Assembly: GCA_048213135.1 (NCBI GenBank)
Contig: PS015092.1
Span: 100,838 to 134,713 of the forward strand
Direction of reading: 5' to 3'
Source of the DNA: Reclinomonas americana ATCC 50394
Lineage: Eukaryota
DNA length: 33,876 nucleotides
The notes beneath the pieces were generated by a model. That model worked only from the letters and a program-made list of their open reading frames with translations, made no database searches and had not been told where the DNA came from. Positions within the stretch are counted from its first letter, which is position 1. Every line of letters begins with the position of its first letter. This document shows positions 1 through 10,900 of the stretch, piece by piece. The position numbers were made by a program, and so were the translations under genes.

Positions 1-26
1 CCCACTCACTCGGCGCGTGTCTGCAG

Positions 27-203
27 GATGAGGAGAACGGTGTCTACCTGGAAGACTGCCGCGTCAAGGCACCCAAGCCTCTGACCAATGACGCGGCGTT
101 CACCGAGAGACTGCTGGCCTTCTGTGCACAGCGTGTCGGTGCAGAGCGAATGCGACGAGTGGAGCACCTGTTTGACCGCACGGAGCGCGACAGCAGAGTT
201 TAG
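27..203 (+). CDS. Terminal exon of a probable short-chain dehydrogenase/reductase (retinol dehydrogenase/WWOX-like); the rest of the gene lies upstream of the window
   Basis: Branch-like CTCAC (5-9) and acceptor CAG (24-26), then DEENGVYLEDCRVKAPKPLTNDAAFTERLLAFCAQRVG...RV* (TAG 201-203). G-x-Y-L-x-D-C...P...D...ERL resembles the C-terminal tail of RDH11-14-type SDRs. Only the tail is visible. Confidence 0.55.
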   Translation, partial: DEENGVYLEDCRVKAPKPLTNDAAFTERLLAFCAQRVGAERMRRVEHLFDRTERDSRV

Positions 204-317
204 TGGCGCAGATGCTTTCTTTATGCAGTAAATGTAAGCATGTTAGAGCTGACCTCCTTCAAGAAGTCGAGCAGCGACGTCGAGCGTTGCATGAAAGAGG
301 ACACAATATCACTTTCC

Positions 318-1375
318 ATGACACTCCGTGTCTTTGATCCCTCCGATGCCCAAGGCTTCCTCGACACCTGTGCTGCCTTTTTCGAGGCCAAAGGCGCCGT
401 CTGCGACATGATCTATGGCCTCGGTGTGTGCTTCGCCCTCACATGTGTTTGGAAACATATGACACTCATCCCGTCCGCTCAGTGCGACAACTCTGCGACC
501 AGCAGGCCGCCGAGGCCAGCGGAATGCCTGCGCCTCTGGTTTTCCACCGCGGCCCGCCATTCCTCTCATGCGCTGTGGACGAGTCGACTGGCGAAGTGGT
601 TGCATGCGCCGTGCGCACACCACCCTTCCGACTGAATCTCTCGTGCGACTGGGAGCAGCATGAGGAGGCGATGGAGGCGCTGGCGGCACACTGTGCTGCG
701 CACATGCCCGATCTCGACTACATACACGGAACAGCGGAGTGTGCGCATGCGTTCAAGAGCAAATGGATGGAGCAGGTGTCACGCAAAGTCGGCAAGCAGG
801 TGCTCTGGCGCACGCAGCAAACCGACATGCTGCTGTACTGTGTCGATCAGGCGTCGTTGGTGGCACCAGCGGTGAGAGGTGACGACACGTATCGCTTGCG
901 GCAAGTGGAGATCGGTCGCGATGAGACGATCATCGAGCAGTGGATTGCTGACTACTCCTCGGAACTGAACCTGCACGATCCGGTGACGCCCAAGGAGCAC
1001 GCGGCAGTGGCGCTGCGTGGTGAACGACCAACATTCTTGCGAGAACGTCGCGCCGAGGACTGGGAGCCGTGTTGCATGGTGTCGGTGGGTTGGGTGGTGC
1101 CGGGTGGCAAGAGTGCGCGCATCACCATGGTGTACACGCCGCCGGAGAAGCGACGACAAGGACACGCTGCCGCCACCGTGTACGACGTGGTGCGGCGTGA
1201 GTTCGAGCTGTACGCCCCGGCACGCCGCTACATTACGCTGTTCGCCGACACCGACTACGTGGCCTCCAACGCCGTGTACCAGTCGATTGGCTTCAAGCAG
1301 GTGGCCGAGTTTGTAGATTTCGAATTCACGCTGCACAACGTAGCTGACGCCGACGACGTGGAAACGGCAGTGTAG
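318..1375 (+). CDS. GNAT-family acetyltransferase (bacterial COG3393/FR47-like), copy 1; 2 exons (318-423, 483-1375)
   Basis: ATG 318 MTLRVFDPSDAQGFL...; a 59-nt intron 424-482 (GTGTGT..CTCAG) joins the two ORF frames. The C-terminal ARITMVYTPPEKRRQGHAAATV (acetyl-CoA motif A, R/Q-x-x-G-x-A) and LFADTDYVASNAVYQSIGFK are typical of this family. Confidence 0.85.
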
Positions 1376-1609
1376 GGATGTTAATTTCTTTCTGCCCGCG
1401 TGCTGGCACAGTCGACGTCGCCAGAGTTCACAGCACACTCCATTGTTCAAAAATCGCTGCCGACAGCACGAGGAGGATGAAAAAGAGTGTCGCTCGTGGG
1501 GCTTGTTCAGCAAGACTCGCGGCGACCGCCACAGTTGAGCTGGTAGGCGTTGCATGAAACAGGACAGACAATAATCGATCACGGCGCCCCCCAACTCCTC
1601 CGACACGCC

Positions 1610-2638
1610 ATGGCACTGCGCGTCTTTGATCCCTCCGATGCCCAAGGCTTCCTCGACACTTGCGCGGCCTTTTTCGAGGCCAAAGGCGCCATGTGCGACA
1701 TGATCTATGGCCTCGGTGTGTGCTTCGCCCTCATATGTGTTCGGAACACGCATGACACTCATCCCGTCCGCTCAGTGCGACAACTCTGCGACCAGCAGGC
1801 CGCCGAGGCCAGCGGAATGCCTGCGCCTGTGGTGCTCCACCGCGGCCCGCCATTCCTCTCCTGCGCTGTGGACGAGTCGAGCGGCGAAGTGGTTGCATGC
1901 GCCGTGCGCACGCCGCCCTTCCGTCTCCTTGTCTCGTGCGACTGGGAGCTGCATGAGGAGGTGCTGGAGGCGCTGGCGGCACACTGCGCTGTGCACATGC
2001 CCGATCTCGACAGCATTCACGGAACCGTGGAGAGCGCGCATGCTTTCAAGAGCGCATTCATCAGACAGGTGTCGCACAAACACGGCAAGCAGACTATCTG
2101 GCGCACGCAGCAGACCGACCTGCTGCTGTACTGTGTCGATCAGGCGTCGTTGGTGGCGCCGGCGCCGAGGGGCGATGACACGTATCGCTTGCGGCAAGTG
2201 GAGATTGGTCGCGACGAGGCGGTCACCGAGGAGTGGATTGCGGGTTTCGCCTCGGAACTGAGTCTGCACGATCCGGTGACGCCCAAGGAGCGCGCAGCAG
2301 TGGCGCTGCGTGGTGAACGACCGACCTTTGTGCGCGAACGCCTCTTGGACGATGTGTGGGAGCCGTGTTGCATGGTGTCGGTGGGTGCGGTGGTGCCGGG
2401 TGGCAAGAGCGCGCGCATCACCATGGTGTACACGCCGCCGGAGAAGCGACGACAGGGACACGCGGCCGCCACCGTGTACGAAGTGGTGCGGCGTGAGTTC
2501 GAGCTGTACGCCCCGGCGCGTCGCTACATCACTCTGTTCGCCGACGCCGACTACGAGGCCTCCAATGCCGTGTACCAGTCGATTGGCTTCAAGCAGCTGG
2601 CCGAGTTTGTCGATTTCACAATGCACAACCTTGGTTGA
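1610..2638 (+). CDS. GNAT-family acetyltransferase, copy 2 (tandem paralog); 2 exons (1610-1715, 1776-2638)
   Basis: Highly similar to copy 1, with the same intron position (1716-1775, 60 nt, stop-free and in frame) and the same VYTPPEKRRQGHA and SNAVYQSIGF motifs. Confidence 0.85.
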   Translation: MALRVFDPSDAQGFLDTCAAFFEAKGAMCDMIYGLGVCFALICVRNTHDTHPVRSVRQLCDQQAAEASGMPAPVVLHRGPPFLSCAVDESSGEVVACAVRTPPFRLLVSCDWELHEEVLEALAAHCAVHMPDLDSIHGTVESAHAFKSAFIRQVSHKHGKQTIWRTQQTDLLLYCVDQASLVAPAPRGDDTYRLRQVEIGRDEAVTEEWIAGFASELSLHDPVTPKERAAVALRGERPTFVRERLLDDVWEPCCMVSVGAVVPGGKSARITMVYTPPEKRRQGHAAATVYEVVRREFELYAPARRYITLFADADYEASNAVYQSIGFKQLAEFVDFTMHNLG

Positions 2639-2774
2639 CGCTGACGGCGACAAGTAAACAGCGGTGTAGGGATGTGCATTATTCTTCGTCTTTCTGTCCG
2701 CGTGCTGGCACAAGTCGCCAGAGTTCACAGCACACTCCTCCTCTCTCGATACACAATATGTGACTTGTCTTTTT

Positions 2775-3978
2775 TCAGAGTCGCTTCAGACTGCACGAGG
2801 AGCATGGGGAAAAGAGAGTGTTAATCGCGGAAGGTTCGCGCAGAGGCACATGGCCATCGCCACACACCTCTTCTTTGCATTCTGCTTCTTCTTGTCCACT
2901 GTTTGCTTGTTCTTCTTTGGTGACATGACTGTTGGCGAGAGAGGTTAGTCAACAAAGGGACCACACCTTGGCGGCATCTGCGGGACGCAACTCGATGACC
3001 CGGGCACCGAGTCAGCGGCTGGATCGGCACCATCATCGTCCAACGCACCCGCCGCCGCCCCCGACGCACTCGCACCCTTCTCCCCAGCACCCCCGTAGAT
3101 ACTGGTGTACATGCGTGCCCGTGAGGCGTACTCCTCGTAATCCTCCAGCAGCAACTTGCCAGCCTCCTCGTTCAACGCACTCTGCGCCAACGAACATGAG
3201 AAGCAGACGCCAAAGCACAGACGCCGCATGGACATCACACACCTCCGGATTCGGCGCAATCAGCAAGCAACGAATGACCATCAGCACGTGCTCGAGACCC
3301 ATCGTGGCCCTCCAGTCCTGCAGTCGCTTTCATGAGCCACGCTCTCTCTTGCTCACGCAGACAGAGAAACGCACCTTCTTCAGCGTGTTGACACAGATCT
3401 CGCCATTGCGTCCGACATTAGGATGGAAGATCTTCGTCACCACGTAGCCTGTCATGATTGTGAGAGACAGAGGAGTAGCAGCAGTCATGAGAAAGCACAA
3501 CGCACCTTTTGGTGGCGACTGCGGGAAGTCAGAGCTCAGCACAAGCCTGATCCGGAACGCACCTCCCACATACGGAGTGCCCTCTGTACGAGTAGTGGCA
3601 CGCGTCAGACATCAATGATCACACACGCAGACAACACCCTTTCCCCCCTCGTCTCTCTCTCTCTCTCTCCTCCCACACGCGGAAGCAGCGCTCACCAGGT
3701 CCCTCAATCTCGGCCTCGATCTCTGTGAAATCCTCCTCGTTGACAAAGACCTTGACGCCCTCTGGTGGCGACGTGGCCAGTGCGAGCAGCTCGCGGGCCA
3801 CTGCACGCAGCACGTTGGGCGCAATGTTCTCGTGGGAGGACGAGGCGGAGCCGGCGGCTGCCGAGGAGGAGGTGACACTGGTGGTTGTTGTGGAGGTGGT
3901 TGATGCCTGTGCAGCAGTGAAGCAGTGAGGAAGGGAGGGGAGAGGGAGTGAAGATCAAGTGAAGGTCGCACGCACCAT
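2775..3978 (-). CDS. UBE2S: Ubiquitin-conjugating enzyme E2 S; 8 coding exons (3978-3976, 3906-3696, 3583-3506, 3448-3375, 3317-3243, 3181-2992, 2928-2868, 2790-2775)
   Basis: Spliced product M|ASTT...[98 protein letters not shown]...[40 protein letters not shown]...[14 protein letters not shown]. The HPN motif, catalytic Cys in GEICVNTLK and the basic LKRL tail are diagnostic of UBE2S. Confidence 0.95.
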
Positions 3979-4797
3979 GCTTGTTGCTGTTGTGGTTGTG
4001 AGAGGTTGTCTGCGCGTGCGTGCTTACTTGGGCGTATCGGATCAAAATAACGGTCGGAATTTGTCGGACGACGTTCGACGCCAACCTTACACTCGGGCAC
4101 AACATGCAACATACACAGCTGTCTCGATGACCAAGTCAAAGCGTATCCAAGCATCAACAAAAACACCAGAGNNNNNNNNNNNNNNNNNNNNNNNNNNNNN
4201 NNNNNNNNNNNNNNNNNNNNNNNNNNNNNNNNNNNNNNNNNNNNNNNNNNNNNNNNNNNNNNNNNNNNNNNNNNNNNNNNNNNNNNNNNNNNNNNNNNNN
4301 NNNNNNNNNNNNNNNNNNNNNNNNNNNNNNNNNNNNNNNNNNNNNNNNNNNNNNNNNNNNNNNNNNNNNNNNNNNNNNNNNNNNNNNNNNNNNNNNNNNN
4401 NNNNNNNNNNNNNNNNNNNNNNNNNNNNNNNNNNNNNNNNNNNNNNNNNNNNNNNNNNNNNNNNNNNNNNNNNNNNNNNNNNNNNNNNNNNNNNNNNNNN
4501 NNNNNNNNNNNNNNNNNNNNNNNNNNNNNNNNNNNNNNNNNNNNNNNNNNNNNNNNNNNNNNNNNNNNNNNNNNNNNNNNNNNNNNNNNNNNNNNNNNNN
4601 NNNNNNNNNNNNNNNNNNNNNNNNNNNNNNNNNNNNNNNNNNNNCGCTGCAGCGGACTAGCGTTCCCGACCACTTATGAACCGATGGATGGAATTCACAG
4701 AAAATGTACCATTTCGAGTTTCTTGCTTAATTTTTAGACAATAAGACGCAGAGGAGGGGGTTCTGAGCACTTTCGTGTGTGGAACAGGCACGCATTC

Positions 4798-4949
4798 ATG
4801 TCTTGGCCGAAGCACCGAGATGATCACTTTGAGAGGATGGAGGAGGTGAGTTGGAGGCGAAAAGAGTGGATTTGGGGCGGTGCACACGCGCCTGCATGTC
4901 GCAGTGTGCGCGCACCGTGGCTTGTGGATGTGCGTGCACGTGTGTGTGC

Positions 4950-4996
<47 letters not shown>

Positions 4997-7900
4997 TGCA
5001 CGAGAGATACTCGACTTCGCCATGCGGCAATTTATTCATGAGTGTGTGCGCGTTCAGGAAATGGACTCTCGTGCACTGTCAATGCTGGCTGGTGCGGCTG
5101 CAACTGCTGACGGGCGCTTTGGTATGTGACCAGACACGGTCGTGTTGCGAGTGGATCATCATGCTGACAAATTACACAGCCAACTTGGATTTTTCCGCCG
5201 ACAAGGCACTCATCTCCTTGAGTGAGGAGAGTGACGATGAGCTCGATTCTGTGTCTGTCGACCTCGACGAGTATGACATCGACTATAGCTATGACGACAC
5301 GAAGGAAGTGGATGGGGAGGCGGCTGCGGTGGAGGAGGACGAACAGGTGGAGGAGCAAGAGGATCAAGAAGGCGAGGAGGAGGAAGACGGGGAGGAGGAC
5401 GAGGAAGAGGACGAGGAGGAGGAGAGTGAAGAGGAGGAGGAGGAGGAGGAGGAGGAGGAGGAGGAGGAGGAGGAGGAGGAGGAAGAAGAAGAAGGAAGCG
5501 AGGAAGACGAGGATTCAGACGACGGCATGCGCCGATTTGATGCTCAGCGTGAACTCGCGAGTCTTCAACCACCAGTGCAGCGCAAGCAACAGCAACTGCA
5601 CCCGCAAGCGCCGCCTGCGCCCGCTGCCGGTGCCGCGGCTGGTCATCACCTGCGCAAGTTCGATTTTGTCGACTGCGACGCCTGTGATGCCTCGGTCAAC
5701 TTCGTCATCAAGCCCCCGTCTGCCGACCCTGCTCATCCGTGTGTCTGTCCTGTGGACAACTGCGATCATGTGTTCAAGGACGAAGACGTGCTTCTGCGTC
5801 ATCTCAAGAAGCCCATTTCTCAAAAACGCCACAACAAGGACGGTACTCCGCAAGGTGGCCACAACATGCCCCGGAGCGAGGCGCGCCGATTGCTTCACAC
5901 CATCGCCGGCATGCAGGCTGATCTTGCGCGCGCTCCAGTTCCTCTACCAGTTGCCGGTGGCGGCGATCAAGGAGAACCAGCACCGGCGGCGATACACCAA
6001 CACCAACGAGTCGACCACTCCAAGCGTGCTTTACATCATTGCCCCTTCAACATGCTGGTCCACTCAGCAAATGGCGATGGCGATGAGCTCACCGAGTCAA
6101 GACGTTGCACGTTTAACGCCTCCACCATTGGCCGTCTCCGACAGCACCTGCTCCTCGGGGTTGAGACGCACTCCAATTTGACTGGCGATGTCGCCTCTCG
6201 AATCGCCAGAATGGAGGAGAAGCGCTTCTCCAGCTTCGAGGAGTTCGAAGCGTTTAAGGCGGAGCAGGAGCGGTTGCTTTCTGTGAGGTACCAGCTCCCT
6301 GGCACGTGCAGCCTTCGTCTTACTTTATTATGACACTTCTTGCAATTGCATGCGCTGCGCAGCTTTGTTCGTCGTGGTGGCACCCGATCCTCTGGTGGCT
6401 TCAAGAAATCGCAAAGCCCCCCTGGCACCTATTCTTTCACCTACTTATGCAGTAGGTGCGCATGTGTGGAAATGCTAATCTGAATGTTAATTCATGTCGT
6501 ACCCCCACCCACCGTCCCCCTCTCCCTCCTCTCCAACTTCTCCTTCCCATTGCCTTATTAGACACAACAGTCGTCATACGGACAACGACGACGAAGATGG
6601 TGACAATGCCGGCACTGGTCGCATGTCGTTTTTGCCGGGCGATGCCATGGAGATTGCTCTCGAGAATGCACTGCGCGAAAAAGGTGAAGGCAAGTTTCTA
6701 ACGGTCCCGGAACGAGTGTCGGTCATGCAGCGCGTTGTCGGTGAGGCTGCGGGTGGAAATCGACGCCGCAAGGTATTGTCGCGTGGCTTCTGCTTGGCAC
6801 AGATGCTGGTGGAAGTAGTGCGCACGGTTGACGCATCGGTGAGCAGTGGAGTCCTCGCAAAGGATCCCATTCGTCCACTCATTGTGCGCTTGTTCACCGC
6901 AGAATCGAATCCGAGAATCCGTCAGTGTGCGCTACTATCCAGCGCACACGTTTCATCCTGTTGGCAAGGCAAATCAGCAACATTTGTCCTTGCGTGCCGA
7001 TCCTGCCGGTGCGAAGTTACTGCAAGCCGCTGCTGCGATGAACATACGGACTATGAGTGCTCTACGGGAATTTGCTTTCCGGAACAGCTTGCCTGTGCCG
7101 GTGTGTAACTGCCGCGCAATGCTTTCCACGTGACTACAGGCTGTTTAATAGTACCACTACATGTCTGTCCGATTCGCAGCCAAACCTTACCCAAGAGGCG
7201 CTGCGAGCTAGCTGCAGCAAGCATGCTGCAGAGCTGGACTCGCGTGAGTGGAAGAGGGATCCGGATGCGATCAAGAGCTTCTGCAAGCTTGCGAAGGAGC
7301 TCATGCGTGGCGGGGATCTGAGACTCGTGAAACTTTACAACGAGGACGAGTACCATGTTCGCGCTCGGCCAGAATGGCTCGAGGCGCCCGAGCCCGCTGA
7401 CGATGATGTACCACAGTTTCAACGTCGGAGGATTGACGGATCCGGATTGAAGAGAGAAGACTTTGTTCTTCGTGAGTGATGGTGTCATTGTTTCATACCT
7501 GTGTAGTGTGCCTCAACTTGACTTTATGCGTACAATTGCGTAGTGTGCATGCCAGACAAGTCGGCGGAGTGTCTGATGGCATACGGTCGACGCGGCATCG
7601 CCGTTGACGCCACGCATAGAGTCGTTCATGACAAGTTGCGCTGAAATGTTCCGGTTCCACGGTCTCTCTCTTTTATTCTTTCTCATTCTCTCTCTCTCTC
7701 TCTCTCTCTCNNNNNNNNNNNNNNNNNNNNTAGTTCCGGTTTCCGTACGTCGTCTCTCTTTATTTCTTTCTTCATCTCTCTCTCTCTCTCTCTCTCTCCC
7801 CTTCTCTCACTCTCTCTCTCTTTCTCTCTCTCGCCCTTCTCTCTCTCTCTCTTTCTCTCACTCCTCGCTCTCTTTCTCTCACTCTCTTTCTCTCACTCTC

Positions 7901-10900
7901 TTCTCACTCTCTTTCTCTCTCTCTTCTGTACGTATTTCATCGACCATCTGCTCATATTCCCATCCATCTTCAAAGGTACAAGATCAAGCTGGTGATGCTC
8001 TCTGTGTATACACCGGACGAGCGAGTGCTACCGGTCGGGGCGATTATCACAAGCACTGAGTGCATAGAAGCTCTCTCTGTTGTCTTCCGGTACATTCGCG
8101 AATATTTCCCAGGTGCGGGCCGGCATCACGATGCCATGAATGACGACGTACAGACTACACGTGCATATGTACCACGCTGCGCGTGCGCGCTCCGTCACAG
8201 CGCTGCTCTCTTCTCTCTCTCTCTCTCTCTCTGTCGTGCTCATTTCAAATGAGTGCGAGATAGCGGAGAAGAGAGTGTGTGTGCGTGACAGAGAGCAGAG
8301 TCAACACGTGTCTGTCTGCTCCCTCTTCTTCTCAATAGCACCTTATCTCTGCTCCCCTCTGCGCCAGTGGGCATGCTCACTGATGGTTCTTCCGTGCGCA
8401 GAATTCCGCGTTCCATCCTTAATGTCAGATGGTGCGTCACAGTACGCTACCGCGTTGAAGGCCGCGTTCCCCGATGCGAAGTGGAGACTGTGCTATTTCC
8501 ACGCTTTTCGTGCTCACGACAAGGAGGTGGACGGCATACTCAATGTGAGTCTTGTCGCGATTTGTCATTGTGCTGTGTGGTTTGGATCTCTAAACTAACA
8601 ATGATCGTGTATGCTTGTATCTGCATCACGTGGTCGCGCCCAAAAGTCCGCGGACTCGACGTTAACTGCCGATCGAAAGCGTGCCCTGCGCCGCCAGATC
8701 ACCTCCCTTGCTCGGGCAGTCGTGTACAACCCGGATCCGAATCGCATGAAACGACTGCAAAACATATTGTTGCTTGCCATCAAGAAAGGCCTGCCGGAGG
8801 TGAAGTATTTGGAAACTCGGAAGTACCTTGAAGCAGTCGCCCACAGACTGTTCGAGAAGCAGAGGTGAGTGCCACCTTTCGATGTGCCTAATCATGCATG
8901 ACTATTTTCTCTTGTTCTTATATTTCGATTGCGTGGCTGGCCATGGCGCAGATTCCTGTACCGCATCTATCGCATGGAAATGAGTGAGCACTGCGCGGAC
9001 ACAGACAATGGATCCGAAGCTGTGTTCCGCGTATTCAAGAACGGAAAAGAATATCTGTAAGTTTTTACAGCAGTCCGCCGTGTGTGCGCTTCCTATTCTG
9101 CGTGGGAGAGAGAGAGAGAGAGAGGGTGAGGAGGAGGTGGAGACAGAGAAAGATGGAGAGAGCGAGAGAGCAAGAGCAAGAGAGCGCAAGAGAGAGAGAA
9201 TATGGCGGGGGAGAGAGAGGAGAAACTCTGAGTGCGATGGTGGATCACATATGAGCTCATTCCTGTGTGCTGTACGCGTGCTCTGTGCAGGGATGGCAAA
9301 GGAGAGCATCAGTCCTTTGGTCGACCCGACCGTTTGCTGGGCAAAGTCGTCAAGTTTCTTGATGATAAGGCGGTCGAACTCGAAGCTCGTGGAACGAATC
9401 TCGCTCAAGACAGACGGTTGACTGTGATGCAGACGGCGAAAGTGTTGGGAGCCAAGGGTTCCAAATACGTTGTCTCCGAAGCGCCTGAACATGGTGAGTA
9501 TGTTGTTGCCCGAGATGGAGAGAGAGAGAGAGAGAGAGAGACGTGTACACACACACATGCGAAATAACGTGCACATAATTATAGGCATGTAAGAGTGTGT
9601 GTGTGTGCGTGTGTGTGTGTGTTCGTGTGTGTGTTAGTTATTGCTCACTTGCAATTTTTCTGTTTCTTCGGTAACAGGAGCGCTGCTGGGTCACATCTTA
9701 CGGGAGAAAGCAGACTACAAACATGACGAACGGCGTGTATACTGTATCTCTCACTCTCTGTGGAGGGCACCTGGCCATGATCCACCTGCCGCTGGTGGCA
9801 ATGGCAATGGCCAGCCGGTGCAGTCGTTTGTGGTTGCTGACCGCGGTGATGGCGTGCCAATGTGCCTGCCCTGCACAAAGGGCACGCCGTCCTGCTTCCG
9901 CTTCCCGTGCCCGCATGTGCTGAACGCCTACGCCAACGACTTCATCGTACCCGATGGTGAACAGTTCTTGGAGGAATGCGGCTGGGTACGTGACTGTACA
10001 TGGAGTCTGTGTCGTCTTGTTGGTCCACGGCATTGATGTGTGATGCGCATGTGGCTTTGCTTCACCGCAGAAACTTGATCCGTTGAGTCTCTCTATTCTC
10101 AAGCAACACAACAGTCAACTGCGCAATGCCGTGGAGAAGAAGGGCGTCGTAGCCATGCTCGTACGTACGCGCGAGAAACGCGCCAGCAAGCGAATTGCAC
10201 TCTTTTAGCGGAAGTAATTCTGGTTTCCCGTTGTTTTTACAGGGAGTTCCGTTGCCCAGTATGCTGAGTGTGTTAAACATTCCACAAGACCGAGTGCAGA
10301 TAGAACCGCCGCGTGCTCCAGACGAGTCCGATTCTGTCGGGTAAGTTGTACATGCAACAGCAACTGCTGGCGCGCGAGCACTGCCGAACCGCTTAGCTCA
10401 TCAGTCACCGTGTATGCAGTGGCAGTGCCAGCGACAGCAGTGGCGACGGCGGTGGTGGAGGTAGTGGCAGTGGCAGTGATGGAGGGCCTGCTCGATCGCA
10501 CGCGCATGACCGACGCAGTGATCAGGAGTCTCCACTGCCCCCCAACCTCGACGACTACCGCGGCGACGGTGGCCACGATGATTGGTATCCGGAAGCAGGT
10601 TTCGCTGAGGAAGTAGCGCACGGGGAAATGGTCGAGGAGGTGCCACTCTTGCGTGATGATGAGCTCAAGCGCTTTGGGCAGTGGTCAGCGGCAATGGACT
10701 CTGCGGCACGGATCTTTGGCAGCGGTGGGCACTATTATGACCGTCTAGTTCTGGAGAACTTGCAGCGCGTGCTTCGCGCCGTGTCAACCGATGGCCGACG
10801 GGGAGGTGCTATGCATCGAACAACCAACGATGACAAGCATCTACTCGGTGTTTTACTCGGTCTTGTTGCCGATTCGTGGGAACAGCACTCGGAGCGGGCT

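Larger units (their letters stand above)
283..2822 (+). repeat. Tandem segmental duplication, unit about 1.26-1.3 kb (about 283-1490 vs about 1547-2822)
   Basis: Similarity extends beyond the CDS: upstream GCGTTGCATGAAA.AGGACA in both units; downstream GTGTAGGGATG, CGCCAGAGTTCACAGCACACTCC and GCACGAGGAG.ATG..AAAAGAG..TGT in both units. Confidence 0.85.

Noticed and set aside
779-2728. Long minus-strand ORFs (327 and 318 aa) opposite the GNAT genes
   Set aside because: Antisense shadows of GC-rich coding sequence; no motifs, and duplicated only because the GNAT genes are.
3612-4673. ORFs spanning the 4172-4644 N gap
   Set aside because: Artefacts of translating Ns.
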